IMG/VR virus record: IMGVR_UViG_2791355434_000002
Length of the DNA stretch: 63,857 bases
Reading direction: 5' to 3' (one strand)
Origin: an uncultured virus (IMG/VR IMGVR_UViG_2791355434_000002)
Lineage: Duplodnaviria > Heunggongvirae > Uroviricota > Caudoviricetes
Each line of letters starts with the position of its first letter. Positions within the stretch are counted from its first letter, which is position 1. The notes beneath the pieces are model-generated. The model saw nothing but the letters and a program-made list of their open reading frames with translations, was not told the origin of the DNA and made no database searches. Position numbers and translations under genes: made by a program. Shown in pieces: positions 38,059 through 45,517 of this stretch.

Positions 38059-38627
38059 AGCTTCTCCAGGGTGGCGGTGAAGCGCCCGTAGCGGGGGCGG
38101 TAGTCGCCGAGTCCGATCATGGCGCCTGCGGTGTTGGCGATGTCGGCGAGCTCGTCGAAGGCAAGGACCGTGGTGTCGAGGGTCCCTTCGGCGGCGGTGG
38201 TCCACTGGCGGAACATAGGGCGGCATCGCATGATGCGGTTCTGCTGGACCTTGACGGATGCCATGTGGCGGAAGTTCTCGTCTTCCCAGAGGCCGTTGGC
38301 GTCGCGGGGTCCCTGGTAGGCGAGGGGGTTGATGTTGGTGGAGACGAAGACGCCTCGGGTGACCTTGACGCCGGAGCGGGTGACCTTGGCGGCGTCGACG
38401 AGGCAGCGTTCGACGTTCTGGCCGGGGATGAAGGGGCCGACGTCGGGGTCGAGGTAGAGGCCGCCGAGGTGTTCGAGGCGGGCGAGTTCCTCGAAGTCGT
38501 CGTCGGTCTTCTTGCGCTTGCTGCTGATGGCCTTCATGGCTTTTGCGGCGGGGTCGAGGGGGTTCGCAAGGCGGGCGTTGTGCATGAGGAGTTCGGCGGT
38601 GCCGGTGATCGTGAGACGAAACTGCAT
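38055..38627 (-). CDS. Stand-alone RAMP/Cas7-like protein
   Basis: AGGAG RBS, 190 aa; first strand FRLTITGTAELLMH, PFIPGQNVERCL (compare RAMP IPGSSLKG), C-terminal Gly-rich loop GLGDYRPRYGRF. Confidence 0.8.
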   Translation of the reverse strand: MQFRLTITGTAELLMHNARLANPLDPAAKAMKAISSKRKKTDDDFEELARLEHLGGLYLDPDVGPFIPGQNVERCLVDAAKVTRSGVKVTRGVFVSTNINPLAYQGPRDANGLWEDENFRHMASVKVQQNRIMRCRPMFRQWTTAAEGTLDTTVLAFDELADIANTAGAMIGLGDYRPRYGRFTATLEKL

Positions 38628-38667
38628 GCGAAAGCTCCTAGCGGTGTGCGGAGTTGAAGGGGAGAGA

Positions 38668-38755
38668 ACCAAGCCTTGTCTCGCCTGGCCTTGACTTGCC
38701 ACGTCGGGGCCCGCCATGGCAAGGCTCGCCACGCCTGGACAAGCCAAGCGGCGCC
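38668..38755 (-). ncRNA. Pentamer-periodic array 3, putative guide RNA
   Basis: Minus strand: ggc gc cgc tt ggc tt gtc ca ggc gt ggc ga gcc tt gcc at ggc gg gcc cc gac gt ggc aa gtc aa ggc ca ggc ga gac aa ggc tt ggt. Confidence 0.8.
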
Positions 38756-38758
38756 TTG

Positions 38759-38807
38759 TGGTGCGTGGGCGTGCGGGGAGTCGAACCCCACCGAAGACCA
38801 TCCGCCC
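38759..38807 (-). ncRNA. tRNA-like minihelix separator (copy 2)
   Basis: gggcg-gatggtcttcg-gtgggg-TTCGACT-ccccgc-a-cgccc-acgcacca. Confidence 0.7.
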
Positions 38808-38814
38808 TGTACTG

Positions 38815-38877
38815 CCCATGAGTGGCCTTGCCAGGCCATGGCCCGCCAAGTCACACCTCGTCGCGCTAGGCCACGTC
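38815..38877 (-). ncRNA. Pentamer-periodic array 2, putative guide RNA
   Basis: Minus strand: gac gt ggc ct agc gc gac ga ggt gt gac tt ggc gg gcc at ggc ct ggc aa ggc ca ctc at ggg. Confidence 0.75.
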
Positions 38878-38878
38878 C

Positions 38879-38922
38879 TGCGTGGGTGGCGGGGAGTCGA
38901 ACCCCGCTACGACCATCCACCC
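38879..38922 (-). ncRNA. tRNA-like minihelix separator (copy 1)
   Basis: gggtgg-atggtcgta-gcgggg-TTCGACT-ccccgc-caccc-acgca. Confidence 0.72.
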
Positions 38923-38925
38923 GGC

Positions 38926-38983
38926 CCCAAGGCTTGCCTTGCCATGGCTTGGCACGTCCGGGCTAGACATACCGAGCCACGCC
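38926..38983 (-). ncRNA. Pentamer-periodic array 1, putative guide RNA
   Basis: Minus strand: ggc gt ggc tc ggt at gtc ta gcc cg gac gt gcc aa gcc at ggc aa ggc aa gcc tt ggg. Confidence 0.75.
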
Positions 38984-39115
38984 TTCCAAGCGGTGCCACG
39001 GACACTTCGTGACCTCGGAGAGCGTGCTACGACGCTAACACACGTCACCTTCAAAGTAGAGGCTGAACGCCACTGCTACCTACGAATCCCAGGAGGAGTG
39101 TTTTGCGGTGAAGTC

Positions 39116-39268
39116 ATGGACCGCATGCTCGGAACCTGGGCCAAACCGTGGTGCCCGTACCGCCGACGCCCGGCAGGCGTCGACTGCCCATCACGCGACC
39201 GGAGCAAGAAGGCTCAACGGACGCTGGAGAAGCAGCAATGGCGGCGAGAGGCGCGCGCAGGCGAATGA
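39116..39268 (+). CDS. Small basic hypothetical protein
   Basis: MDRMLGTWAKPWCP...RTLEKQQWRRE. Confidence 0.4.
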   Translation: MDRMLGTWAKPWCPYRRRPAGVDCPSRDRSKKAQRTLEKQQWRREARAGE

Positions 39269-39301
39269 GGTGGGCGGGGGCTCGCGGCCTACGTTGGCGG
39301 C

Positions 39302-39470
39302 TTAGCGGCGGCGGGTGCCGCGTCGTGCGGGGAGTGTGCGGTAGCCGGTGGTCTTGCCGTGGCTGCGCTTCCGGGCGCGCGACCAGCGCTTCGAGAAGGT
39401 CTGCTTGGTGGCGTACATCCAGCTATCGCCACTGGGCTCGGGAACGGACTTGTCCGCGTCTACGTGGCAC
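39302..39470 (-). pseudogene. Frameshifted small Arg-rich protein
   Basis: VPRRRGQVRSRAQWR-stop; removing 4 nt (ATAG) restores QWRWMYATKQTFSKRWSRARKRSHG... Confidence 0.45.
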
Positions 39471-40176
39471 AGTGATCATCACCTCCTTCGAGGTAGGCCT
39501 TGGCGGCGGCCCACCAGTTCGGGTGTTCCACGTAGTGGAGCACCATGTTGCAGGTACGGCAAAGGGCGCCGCGCACTCTGCCCGTCTCGTGACAATGATC
39601 CAACGCCGTCGCCGGTTTGGCGCGACAGATCCAACATTGACCGTCGAAGTGCTCCACCATTCGCTGCCATTGAGGTGCACTTACCCCATAACGGATCAGT
39701 CGTGCACGACCGGCCGTGCTACCTGTGCAGTCCACGCACCAACGCTGTCGATTACTCGTGGGTTGGTACGGCTTCTCGCAGATGGCGCACGCTCGTTTAG
39801 TCGTGGGTCTCCGCTGCACGTTCACGTTTGAGCAGGCGCGCGAGCAGTGGGAGACGGTGCGAACCTTGGGGGCGAAGGACTTGCCACAGTTGGCGCACGG
39901 CTTGGTGCGCGCTTCCTGGGCGGCCTGCGAGTACCCGACCCCGAAGCAGGCTCGCGAGCAGTAGCGTCGCGGTCTTGCCCTCTTGTCTGGCCGGTAACTG
40001 AACTGGGTGTCGCACGTCTCGCACGCCATCAACACATAGCCTTCGGGGTGCGGCTTCCTCTGGGCTGCACCTGAACAGGATCGCGAGCAATACTTGACCT
40101 CACGGTCGTATCTCACTCGGTGATCGAATGATGTTCCGCACTGTTGGCATACTGACCTGGCTATACGCTTGGGCAT
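39460..40176 (-). CDS. Endonuclease VII-family (HNH-like) nuclease with repeated zinc-ribbon domains
   Basis: CWIC...LDHCHETGRVRGALCRTCN; three CxxC...(Y/H)CSRxC repeats plus a fourth variant. Confidence 0.9.
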   Translation of the reverse strand: MPKRIARSVCQQCGTSFDHRVRYDREVKYCSRSCSGAAQRKPHPEGYVLMACETCDTQFSYRPDKRARPRRYCSRACFGVGYSQAAQEARTKPCANCGKSFAPKVRTVSHCSRACSNVNVQRRPTTKRACAICEKPYQPTSNRQRWCVDCTGSTAGRARLIRYGVSAPQWQRMVEHFDGQCWICRAKPATALDHCHETGRVRGALCRTCNMVLHYVEHPNWWAAAKAYLEGGDDHCAT

Positions 40177-40348
40177 GTCGGCACTCCTTCGAAGTGTCGG
40201 CCGCGCCCCGGGGGTGTTCCCGCACCCGCCGGGGTCTTTGATGGTCCAATTATCCCAACTTTGGAGCGAGTTGGTACGCGACGCGCCGACCGCTGCTGCA
40301 CAACGCCTCGGGCCCGCCTGATGGTTCAGGACGGGCCCAGGGTGGGGG

Positions 40349-40612
40349 CTAGTTGGTTGGCCAGAGGAAGACGGCGTGGACGGCCTCGTCAGGGGCTTCC
40401 GACCAGTCGTTGGGATCCGACTCGGCTTGTCGCTGCTCCTCGGTCATGTAGTGCTCGCCGCTGTAGGTCGTCTCGGCAAGGTACATGCCGGGGTCGATCT
40501 CTACGAGGGGTGAGAACCCGTTGCCTTCGGCGTCCTTCGACATGATGACGGGGGTGTCTCCGGGCAGGTGGTCGAGCTTGGCGAGTGCGGCGCGCAGTTC
40601 ATCGAGGGTCAC
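40349..40612 (-). CDS. Phage hypothetical protein
   Basis: TPVIMSKDAEGNGFSPL...AVFLWPTN. Confidence 0.75.
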   Translation of the reverse strand: MTLDELRAALAKLDHLPGDTPVIMSKDAEGNGFSPLVEIDPGMYLAETTYSGEHYMTEEQRQAESDPNDWSEAPDEAVHAVFLWPTN

Positions 40613-40818
40613 AGTGTCTCCTTGGCTTCTCGTTCACGCCGGGCCTGCTGCCGCTGGAAGCAGTCGTGCGGCGGCAGGGTCTCCAGCGTGGTGGTGCGGA
40701 CGGTGGTTCCGCAGTCGTGGCAGGGGATGCGACCGGTGCGGTACCAGTCGCGTTCCTCGTTCTCGTCGAGGGCTTCCTGGTGCAGTCGGTTGAGGATGCG
40801 GGCGCCGACGTCGCTCAC
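40609..40818 (-). CDS. Phage hypothetical protein (CxxC)
   Basis: GGAGG RBS, GTGA overlaps. Confidence 0.6.
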   Translation of the reverse strand: MSDVGARILNRLHQEALDENEERDWYRTGRIPCHDCGTTVRTTTLETLPPHDCFQRQQARREREAKETL

Positions 40819-41030
40819 GTGTCCTCCAGGACGTATCCGGTGCGGCGGGGTGTGCCGTTCTTCGTGGTCGGGCTGGCGTGGAGGTTGCGGGCCAGGACTC
40901 GCCGGGGGCGCTTGCTGTCGTAGGCGTCGACTACGTAGGCCCGGTTCCATCCGGGTTCGTATCGGACGATGCGGATGCGGGGTCCTCCTCGCGGGTCTGC
41001 GGATCGGTAGGTCTGTCCGGGCTGGATCAT
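40815..41030 (-). CDS. Phage hypothetical protein (SH3-like)
   Basis: MIQPGQTYRSADPRGGPRIRIV...RRTGYVL. Confidence 0.65.
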   Translation of the reverse strand: MIQPGQTYRSADPRGGPRIRIVRYEPGWNRAYVVDAYDSKRPRRVLARNLHASPTTKNGTPRRTGYVLEDT

Positions 41031-41161
41031 CGCGGGGGCTCCTGGGTGGCGGGCTGCCCGTAGACGTCTCCGTCGTCGTAGATGGGGTCGGGCTGGGGTT
41101 CGTTGACGGTGGCTGTGGGGTCCGGGCCGTAGGTGGCTCCGTCGTCGTAGATGCCGCTCAC
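41027..41161 (-). CDS. Small acidic protein with duplicated IYDDG motif
   Basis: GGAGGAG RBS; IYDDGATYG and IYDDGDVYG. Confidence 0.5.
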   Translation of the reverse strand: MSGIYDDGATYGPDPTATVNEPQPDPIYDDGDVYGQPATQEPPR

Positions 41162-41216
41162 GGTGTTCTCCTCCGGGTTGTGGGCCGCCGTGCCGTACAC
41201 AGCAGCCCAGGGGTGG

Positions 41217-41432
41217 TCAGGTGGGGCGGTGCTCGGAGCAGCGGACCCCGGCACGGTGCAGCGCGAAGGCCAGGAACGGCCATCGGGTGAACCGGGTCGC
41301 ACACCGGCAGCAGGTGTAGACCCGCCACGGCTTCGGCTTCTCCATGTCGATCGCCACGGCATGGCACTTGGGGCAGCGGTGCGGCTTGTCGACGTTCCAG
41401 CGGATGGTTGCAGGCGGTTCGGTGGCGCTCAT
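41217..41432 (-). CDS. Small zinc-ribbon protein
   Basis: CPKC...CCRC; GAGGAG RBS. Confidence 0.6.
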   Translation of the reverse strand: MSATEPPATIRWNVDKPHRCPKCHAVAIDMEKPKPWRVYTCCRCATRFTRWPFLAFALHRAGVRCSEHRPT

Positions 41433-41436
41433 CGGT

Positions 41437-41688
41437 CTACTCCTCGTCGCTGGTGGCGTCGATGCGCTGGTGTTCCCCTGACAGGCAGAGGACGCAGAAC
41501 TTGGTGTCGGGCCCGGAGTGCCGGATGCGCTCCGTGCGGGCTGACCGCCGGGCACGCATCCGGTTTTTGATCTGTTCCTGGGTGGGCTGGGTCCAGGTGT
41601 GCCAGCCTGCGTCCGGGGTCCACTGACGGCCGTGAGTGCGCTGGTCGATTCCGCACCAGTGGCAGCCCATCGGGTTGGGTGCGGTCAC
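41437..41688 (-). CDS. Phage hypothetical protein
   Basis: PMGCHWCGIDQRTHGRQW...HTWTQPTQEQIKNRMRARR. Confidence 0.65.
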   Translation of the reverse strand: MTAPNPMGCHWCGIDQRTHGRQWTPDAGWHTWTQPTQEQIKNRMRARRSARTERIRHSGPDTKFCVLCLSGEHQRIDATSDEE

Positions 41689-41855
41689 TGCTGGTCGCCG
41701 CCGGTCGGGTAGTTCACGGCGCAGATGAGGTCTTGGCGGGCGTGGGTGCATTCGCCGGAGAGGCAACGGCGGGACCGGTAGCGGACGCACCGGTTGGGTT
41801 CGTGGTCGCAGCGGTTGTTGCGGCACTCGGCGGGCAGGTACGGGTACTCGTTCAT
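41685..41855 (-). CDS. Small Cys-rich hypothetical protein
   Basis: MNEYPYLPAECRNNRCDHEPNRC...; fills the gap between coupled genes. Confidence 0.5.
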   Translation of the reverse strand: MNEYPYLPAECRNNRCDHEPNRCVRYRSRRCLSGECTHARQDLICAVNYPTGGDQQ

Positions 41856-41857
41856 GG

Positions 41858-41974
41858 TCAGTCCTCGTCGTCGTTGTCATAGTCCCGGTCGAACCAGTGC
41901 CGGTCCCAGGCTTTGATCTCGTCCAGGGTTTCCTCCCACGGCGGCAACGGGGCCGGGGCAGGCGGCGGGGTCAC
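41858..41974 (-). CDS. Small hypothetical protein
   Basis: GTGA overlap; 38 aa. Confidence 0.45.
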   Translation of the reverse strand: MTPPPAPAPLPPWEETLDEIKAWDRHWFDRDYDNDDED

Positions 41975-42246
41975 GGGGTGCCGCCGTGCTCGCGGGTGGT
42001 GTGGCGGTGCAGCTCTTCCTCGGCGGACCCGTCGTCGACGTGCCAGACGGTGGTGCGCCACCCGCAGGTGCCGCACTTCCGGGACACCTCGGCACTGGCC
42101 ACGTTGACCGGGCGGGCGCCCGAACCGAACGGGTTCAGCTCGGAGAGCTCGGCCGTGCAGTCGTCGGAGTCGCAGGCGTAGGGGTCGGCGTCCGGCTCGT
42201 CACACCGGCAGACAGCCACGTCCGGGGTCATCGGGGTGTCGGTCAT
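41971..42246 (-). CDS. Cys-rich phage hypothetical protein
   Basis: ATGA overlap; CRC...CGTCGW...H...H. Confidence 0.6.
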   Translation of the reverse strand: MTDTPMTPDVAVCRCDEPDADPYACDSDDCTAELSELNPFGSGARPVNVASAEVSRKCGTCGWRTTVWHVDDGSAEEELHRHTTREHGGTP

Positions 42247-42605
42247 CGGGCACCGCCCCGCTGCACGGCGGGGATGCCATGCTCGGCCCGGAACTCGTCG
42301 ACCGCCGTGTAGCAGCACGTCGGCTCGCCCTCAACGCTGTGTTCGTCGATGTTCGTGGAGTTGTCGGCCGCCTCGTCGGCGGTCAGCGCCTCGAACTCGC
42401 CACGGCAGAGCGTGCACAGGACGATGTCGTCGGCCGTGAACGCGGCGGAGAAGCCGGGCCAGTTTTCGGCGAGGAACTTCTGCACGGCGGGCCACACCTC
42501 GGTGCGGAGCATGTCGGTCTCGTGCGCGTAGTCGGCCCTCGTCCAGTACGGGCTGACGGGCGGGGTGATCGTGGCGCGGCCGTTGATCTGCGCGGGCTTC
42601 TTCAT
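42243..42605 (-). CDS. Phage hypothetical protein
   Basis: AAGGA RBS; 120 aa. Confidence 0.65.
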   Translation of the reverse strand: MKKPAQINGRATITPPVSPYWTRADYAHETDMLRTEVWPAVQKFLAENWPGFSAAFTADDIVLCTLCRGEFEALTADEAADNSTNIDEHSVEGEPTCCYTAVDEFRAEHGIPAVQRGGAR

Positions 42606-42689
42606 CGGGTTCCTTCCGGGGACAGGGTGGGGGTGAAACGGGGTGATGCGTGGCGGAGGCCCGGCCTCGTAAGGCCGGGCGGGGCGCCC

Positions 42690-43139
42690 CTAGGCGGCGA
42701 GGTTGCGCATCACGGGCAGGTCGTGGCCGCCGCTCTCCTCGTCCCAGTCGGTGACGATCTCGACCACGCCGATCCCGGGCAGGGTCGCGGTGACCGTGAT
42801 CTCGGCGGCGGTGACCGTGCCACCGGAGTAGGTGCGCTGCACGGTGCGGGTGGTGACGACGCCCCCAACCCGCTCGTACACCTCGTTCAGCTCGTGCTGC
42901 GACCACACCCCGACACGGCGGGCGGTCTCGCCCTCGGCCTCGTTGACCCGGCGGCCGGGCATGCCCAGGGCGGCACGAACCTGGGCGGCCAGGGTGGTGT
43001 CGGCGTGGGCGAGGAGCAGGGCGGTGCACCCCGGGGTCGTCTGGGCGGGCCGGCTGGTGTGGAGGTGGGTGGGGTCGACGGGGGTGAGAACGAGGGCGGT
43101 TCCGGCGAGGACGGTGATGGTGGCGAGGGTGTCGTTCAC
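42690..43139 (-). CDS. Phage hypothetical protein
   Basis: GGGAGA RBS; 149 aa; downstream hairpin gcccggcct-cgta-aggccgggc. Confidence 0.65.
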   Translation of the reverse strand: MNDTLATITVLAGTALVLTPVDPTHLHTSRPAQTTPGCTALLLAHADTTLAAQVRAALGMPGRRVNEAEGETARRVGVWSQHELNEVYERVGGVVTTRTVQRTYSGGTVTAAEITVTATLPGIGVVEIVTDWDEESGGHDLPVMRNLAA

Positions 43140-43196
43140 GGAGATCTCCCTGTTCGAGGTGCGGGCGGTGGTCGTCTGGGGCTGCGTGAAGTTGGT

Positions 43197-43577
43197 CTAG
43201 GCGACCTCCGCGAAGTCGGCCTGGGACAGGTGGCGGGTGGCCTTGTACGTGGTGAGGGCGGTGTACAGGGCGGGGTCGGTGGGGGCGTAGACGTGGACGT
43301 GGATCCACTTGCCGGTGGTGCGGTGCTGGGCCCAGACCTTGACGGCGTCGGCGCCGAGGTGGGTGGCCCGGTAGGCCTTGGCGGTGTGGCGGCCGTACCA
43401 GGAGCGCTGTCCGTCCTTGAGGTCGGCGCCGAGCCGGTCGAGGAGGTCGCCGGTGCGGATGAGGGTGCCCTGCTCGACGGCGGCGGCGATGAGGCCGGAG
43501 CGGGTGCGGTAGGCGAGGGCCTTGCACACGTGGCGGGCGGCGGTGTGGATGCGGGCGATGCGGCGGCTGATGTTCAC
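43197..43577 (-). CDS. Phage hypothetical basic protein
   Basis: 126 aa; divergent from an HTH gene. Confidence 0.65.
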   Translation of the reverse strand: MNISRRIARIHTAARHVCKALAYRTRSGLIAAAVEQGTLIRTGDLLDRLGADLKDGQRSWYGRHTAKAYRATHLGADAVKVWAQHRTTGKWIHVHVYAPTDPALYTALTTYKATRHLSQADFAEVA

Positions 43578-43706
43578 GGGTCCCCCTCGGGTGGTTCTTG
43601 TCGTTCACCATCGCGCCTCACTAGCGATCATGTGTTGCGCTGGCGATGACTCAGACAGTACGCCTGAGGCATGGTCACCGCAAGTGGGTTGCGATAGATT
43701 GGTGCC

Positions 43707-43997
43707 ATGAATTCGACCCCGCCCCCCGAGTCCCCCACCCTGGAGGACATCGCCGCAGCCGGTACCCGCCGGCTCCGCGACGCAGACCGCCTCAAGAAGT
43801 CCAGCGACGAACTCAAGGAACTCGTCCTCGCCGCCCTCAGGGCAGGAACCCACAAGCCCACCGAGGTCGCCAAGAAGTCCGGGTGGACCGGGGCCCACGT
43901 GAGGAAGATGGCAAGGGAGGCAGGCATCGAGCCTGACGACCGCTACAAGGAGCGGGCGGAACGGCTCCGCAGGGCGCAGGCCGAGGAGCCCTCATGA
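43707..43997 (+). CDS. Small HTH DNA-binding protein
   Basis: KPTEVAKKSGWTGAHVRKMAREAG. Confidence 0.75.
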   Translation: MNSTPPPESPTLEDIAAAGTRRLRDADRLKKSSDELKELVLAALRAGTHKPTEVAKKSGWTGAHVRKMAREAGIEPDDRYKERAERLRRAQAEEPS

Positions 43998-44518
43998 ACG
44001 TCGCCGAGGTCGACGCTTTGGCTGCCGCCGCGCACGCCGGCCAGGTGGACAAGATCGGCGTCCCGTACATCGAGCATGTGCGTGCTGTGGCTGCCGGGCT
44101 GGTCCCGTTCGGTGATCACCTGGTGATGGCGGGGCTGCTGCACGACGTCATCGAGGACACCGACTGGACCGCCGAGCAGCTGCGCGAGGCTGGCGTCCCG
44201 GCTCACGTGGTCTCGCTCGTGGAGGCGGTCACGAACGAACGGGGCGTCCCCTACGAGGAGAAGGTGGCCCGTATCACCGGCAGGGGCCGTGACGCGGTGC
44301 TGCTGAAGGTCGCGGACAACGCGCACAACAGCCACCCCGAGCGGACAGTCAAGCTGTCCGAGGAGCAGCGGACCCGACTCGCCACGAAGTACCGGGCCGC
44401 GCGCGACATCCTGTGGCCTGCCGTCGAGGACCGTGACATTGAGACCATCGTCCGGATCGTCAACCCGTCGCTGCTCGACGAACTCCGCGAGCGGCAGAAC
44501 GCTGGGAGTCCTTCATGA
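43994..44518 (+). CDS. HD-domain hydrolase (SpoT/Mesh1-like small alarmone hydrolase)
   Basis: AHAGQVDKIGVPYIEH...AGLLHDVIEDT...LKVADNAHN. Confidence 0.88.
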   Translation: MNVAEVDALAAAAHAGQVDKIGVPYIEHVRAVAAGLVPFGDHLVMAGLLHDVIEDTDWTAEQLREAGVPAHVVSLVEAVTNERGVPYEEKVARITGRGRDAVLLKVADNAHNSHPERTVKLSEEQRTRLATKYRAARDILWPAVEDRDIETIVRIVNPSLLDELRERQNAGSPS

Positions 44519-45048
44519 CCGACGCCTTGGTGGCCTTCCTCAAGGCCCGGCTCGACGACGATGAGCGGGTGGCGCGGGCAGCAACCCCTGGCCCTTGGTG
44601 TGACTCCGGCGGTTACGTCACAAATATTGACGAGGACGGCCACTCCCGGGTGCAGGTGACCGACTTCGGCACCCAGGATGAGGACTCGGAAGGGGGCGGC
44701 CCGCAAGGGCAAGCAGACTCGGCCCACATCGCCCGCCAGGACCCGGCCCGCACCCTGCGGGAAGTCGAAGCGAAACGGGGGCTGCTCGACGCCGCGCTGG
44801 CTGACCGCCACCATGTGAGCGCCGATCAGTACGAGACGTGCCCTCGCGCCACAGCAGCCGACGGGCTCGACGAGACCACCCTCGCCGCGTTGGAAGCGCT
44901 CAACGAGGAACGTCGCCAGGAGTACGGTGTCGAGCCGACGTGCTGGGAGTCATGCGGCCGGGACGCCCGGGTGCGGCGCACCCTGGAACTCCTCGCCCTC
45001 CCGTACAGCGACCACCCCGGATACGAGGAGGCGCTGACCGGGGGCTAG
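44515..45048 (+). CDS. DUF6221-family protein
   Basis: LVAFLKARLDDDE...HIARQDPARTLREVEAKR...LALPYSDHPGY. Confidence 0.8.
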   Translation: MTDALVAFLKARLDDDERVARAATPGPWCDSGGYVTNIDEDGHSRVQVTDFGTQDEDSEGGGPQGQADSAHIARQDPARTLREVEAKRGLLDAALADRHHVSADQYETCPRATAADGLDETTLAALEALNEERRQEYGVEPTCWESCGRDARVRRTLELLALPYSDHPGYEEALTGG

Positions 45049-45097
45049 TTACGCCGATCACCCCCGCCCGCCCCGACTCCCCCGGCAGAATGCCCCC

Positions 45098-45280
45098 ATG
45101 GCGAGGTTCACGGTTCACGGCAGCACTCACGACGAATGCCAGCAGGCGCTGGACGACCTGTGCAGCCGGCTCGATGTGCAGGTCACCCTCCGGCCCACGA
45201 ACAGCCTGGGTGATTCGTGGATCGCCCGCGCAACACAGAAGGCCCCGGACCAGGCGGTCCGGGGCCTCGGCGCGCGGTGA
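45098..45280 (+). CDS. Small hypothetical protein
   Basis: MARFTVHGSTHDECQQALDDLC...WIARA. Confidence 0.55.
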   Translation: MARFTVHGSTHDECQQALDDLCSRLDVQVTLRPTNSLGDSWIARATQKAPDQAVRGLGAR

Positions 45281-45281
45281 C

Positions 45282-45467
45282 CTAGTAGTCGTCGCGGCCT
45301 TCACCAAGCCGCACCTTCAGTTCCTTGATCTTCCCTGAGGTGCTGAGCTCTGCGTACACGTTCCTGTCCCCCTGGACGTTCCCCTCCCGTGCCTGCTTCA
45401 CGAACTCCTCGAGCTCGTCGAACGTCATGTCCTTGCCTTCGCCGCTGAACGTCAAGCTGAGTGCCAT
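45282..45467 (-). CDS. Small hypothetical protein
   Basis: MALSLTFSGEGKDMTFDELEEFV; convergent with the previous gene. Confidence 0.55.
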   Translation of the reverse strand: MALSLTFSGEGKDMTFDELEEFVKQAREGNVQGDRNVYAELSTSGKIKELKVRLGEGRDDY

Positions 45468-45517
45468 GCGGTCATACTGGCGGGCCGGGAGGCTTTGCGC
45501 TGCCGGTTCGGGCAACA

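Noticed and set aside
38759..38922. GGTTCGACTCCCC repeats as true tRNA genes or att sites
   Set aside because: They are only about 45 nt with no anticodon arm, occur twice 120 bp apart between arrays, and have no integrase nearby; better explained as processing elements
38660..39000. Canonical CRISPR array
   Set aside because: Only two long repeats are present, the intervening sequences are themselves periodic, and no cas1, cas2, cas5 or cas6 was recognised
38628..39012. ORFs over the arrays (N-terminal extension of 38055..38849; 38534..38920; 38676..38966; 38716..39012)
   Set aside because: Translations are low-complexity products of the 5-nt repeat, and a good RBS sits directly before the ATG at 38627
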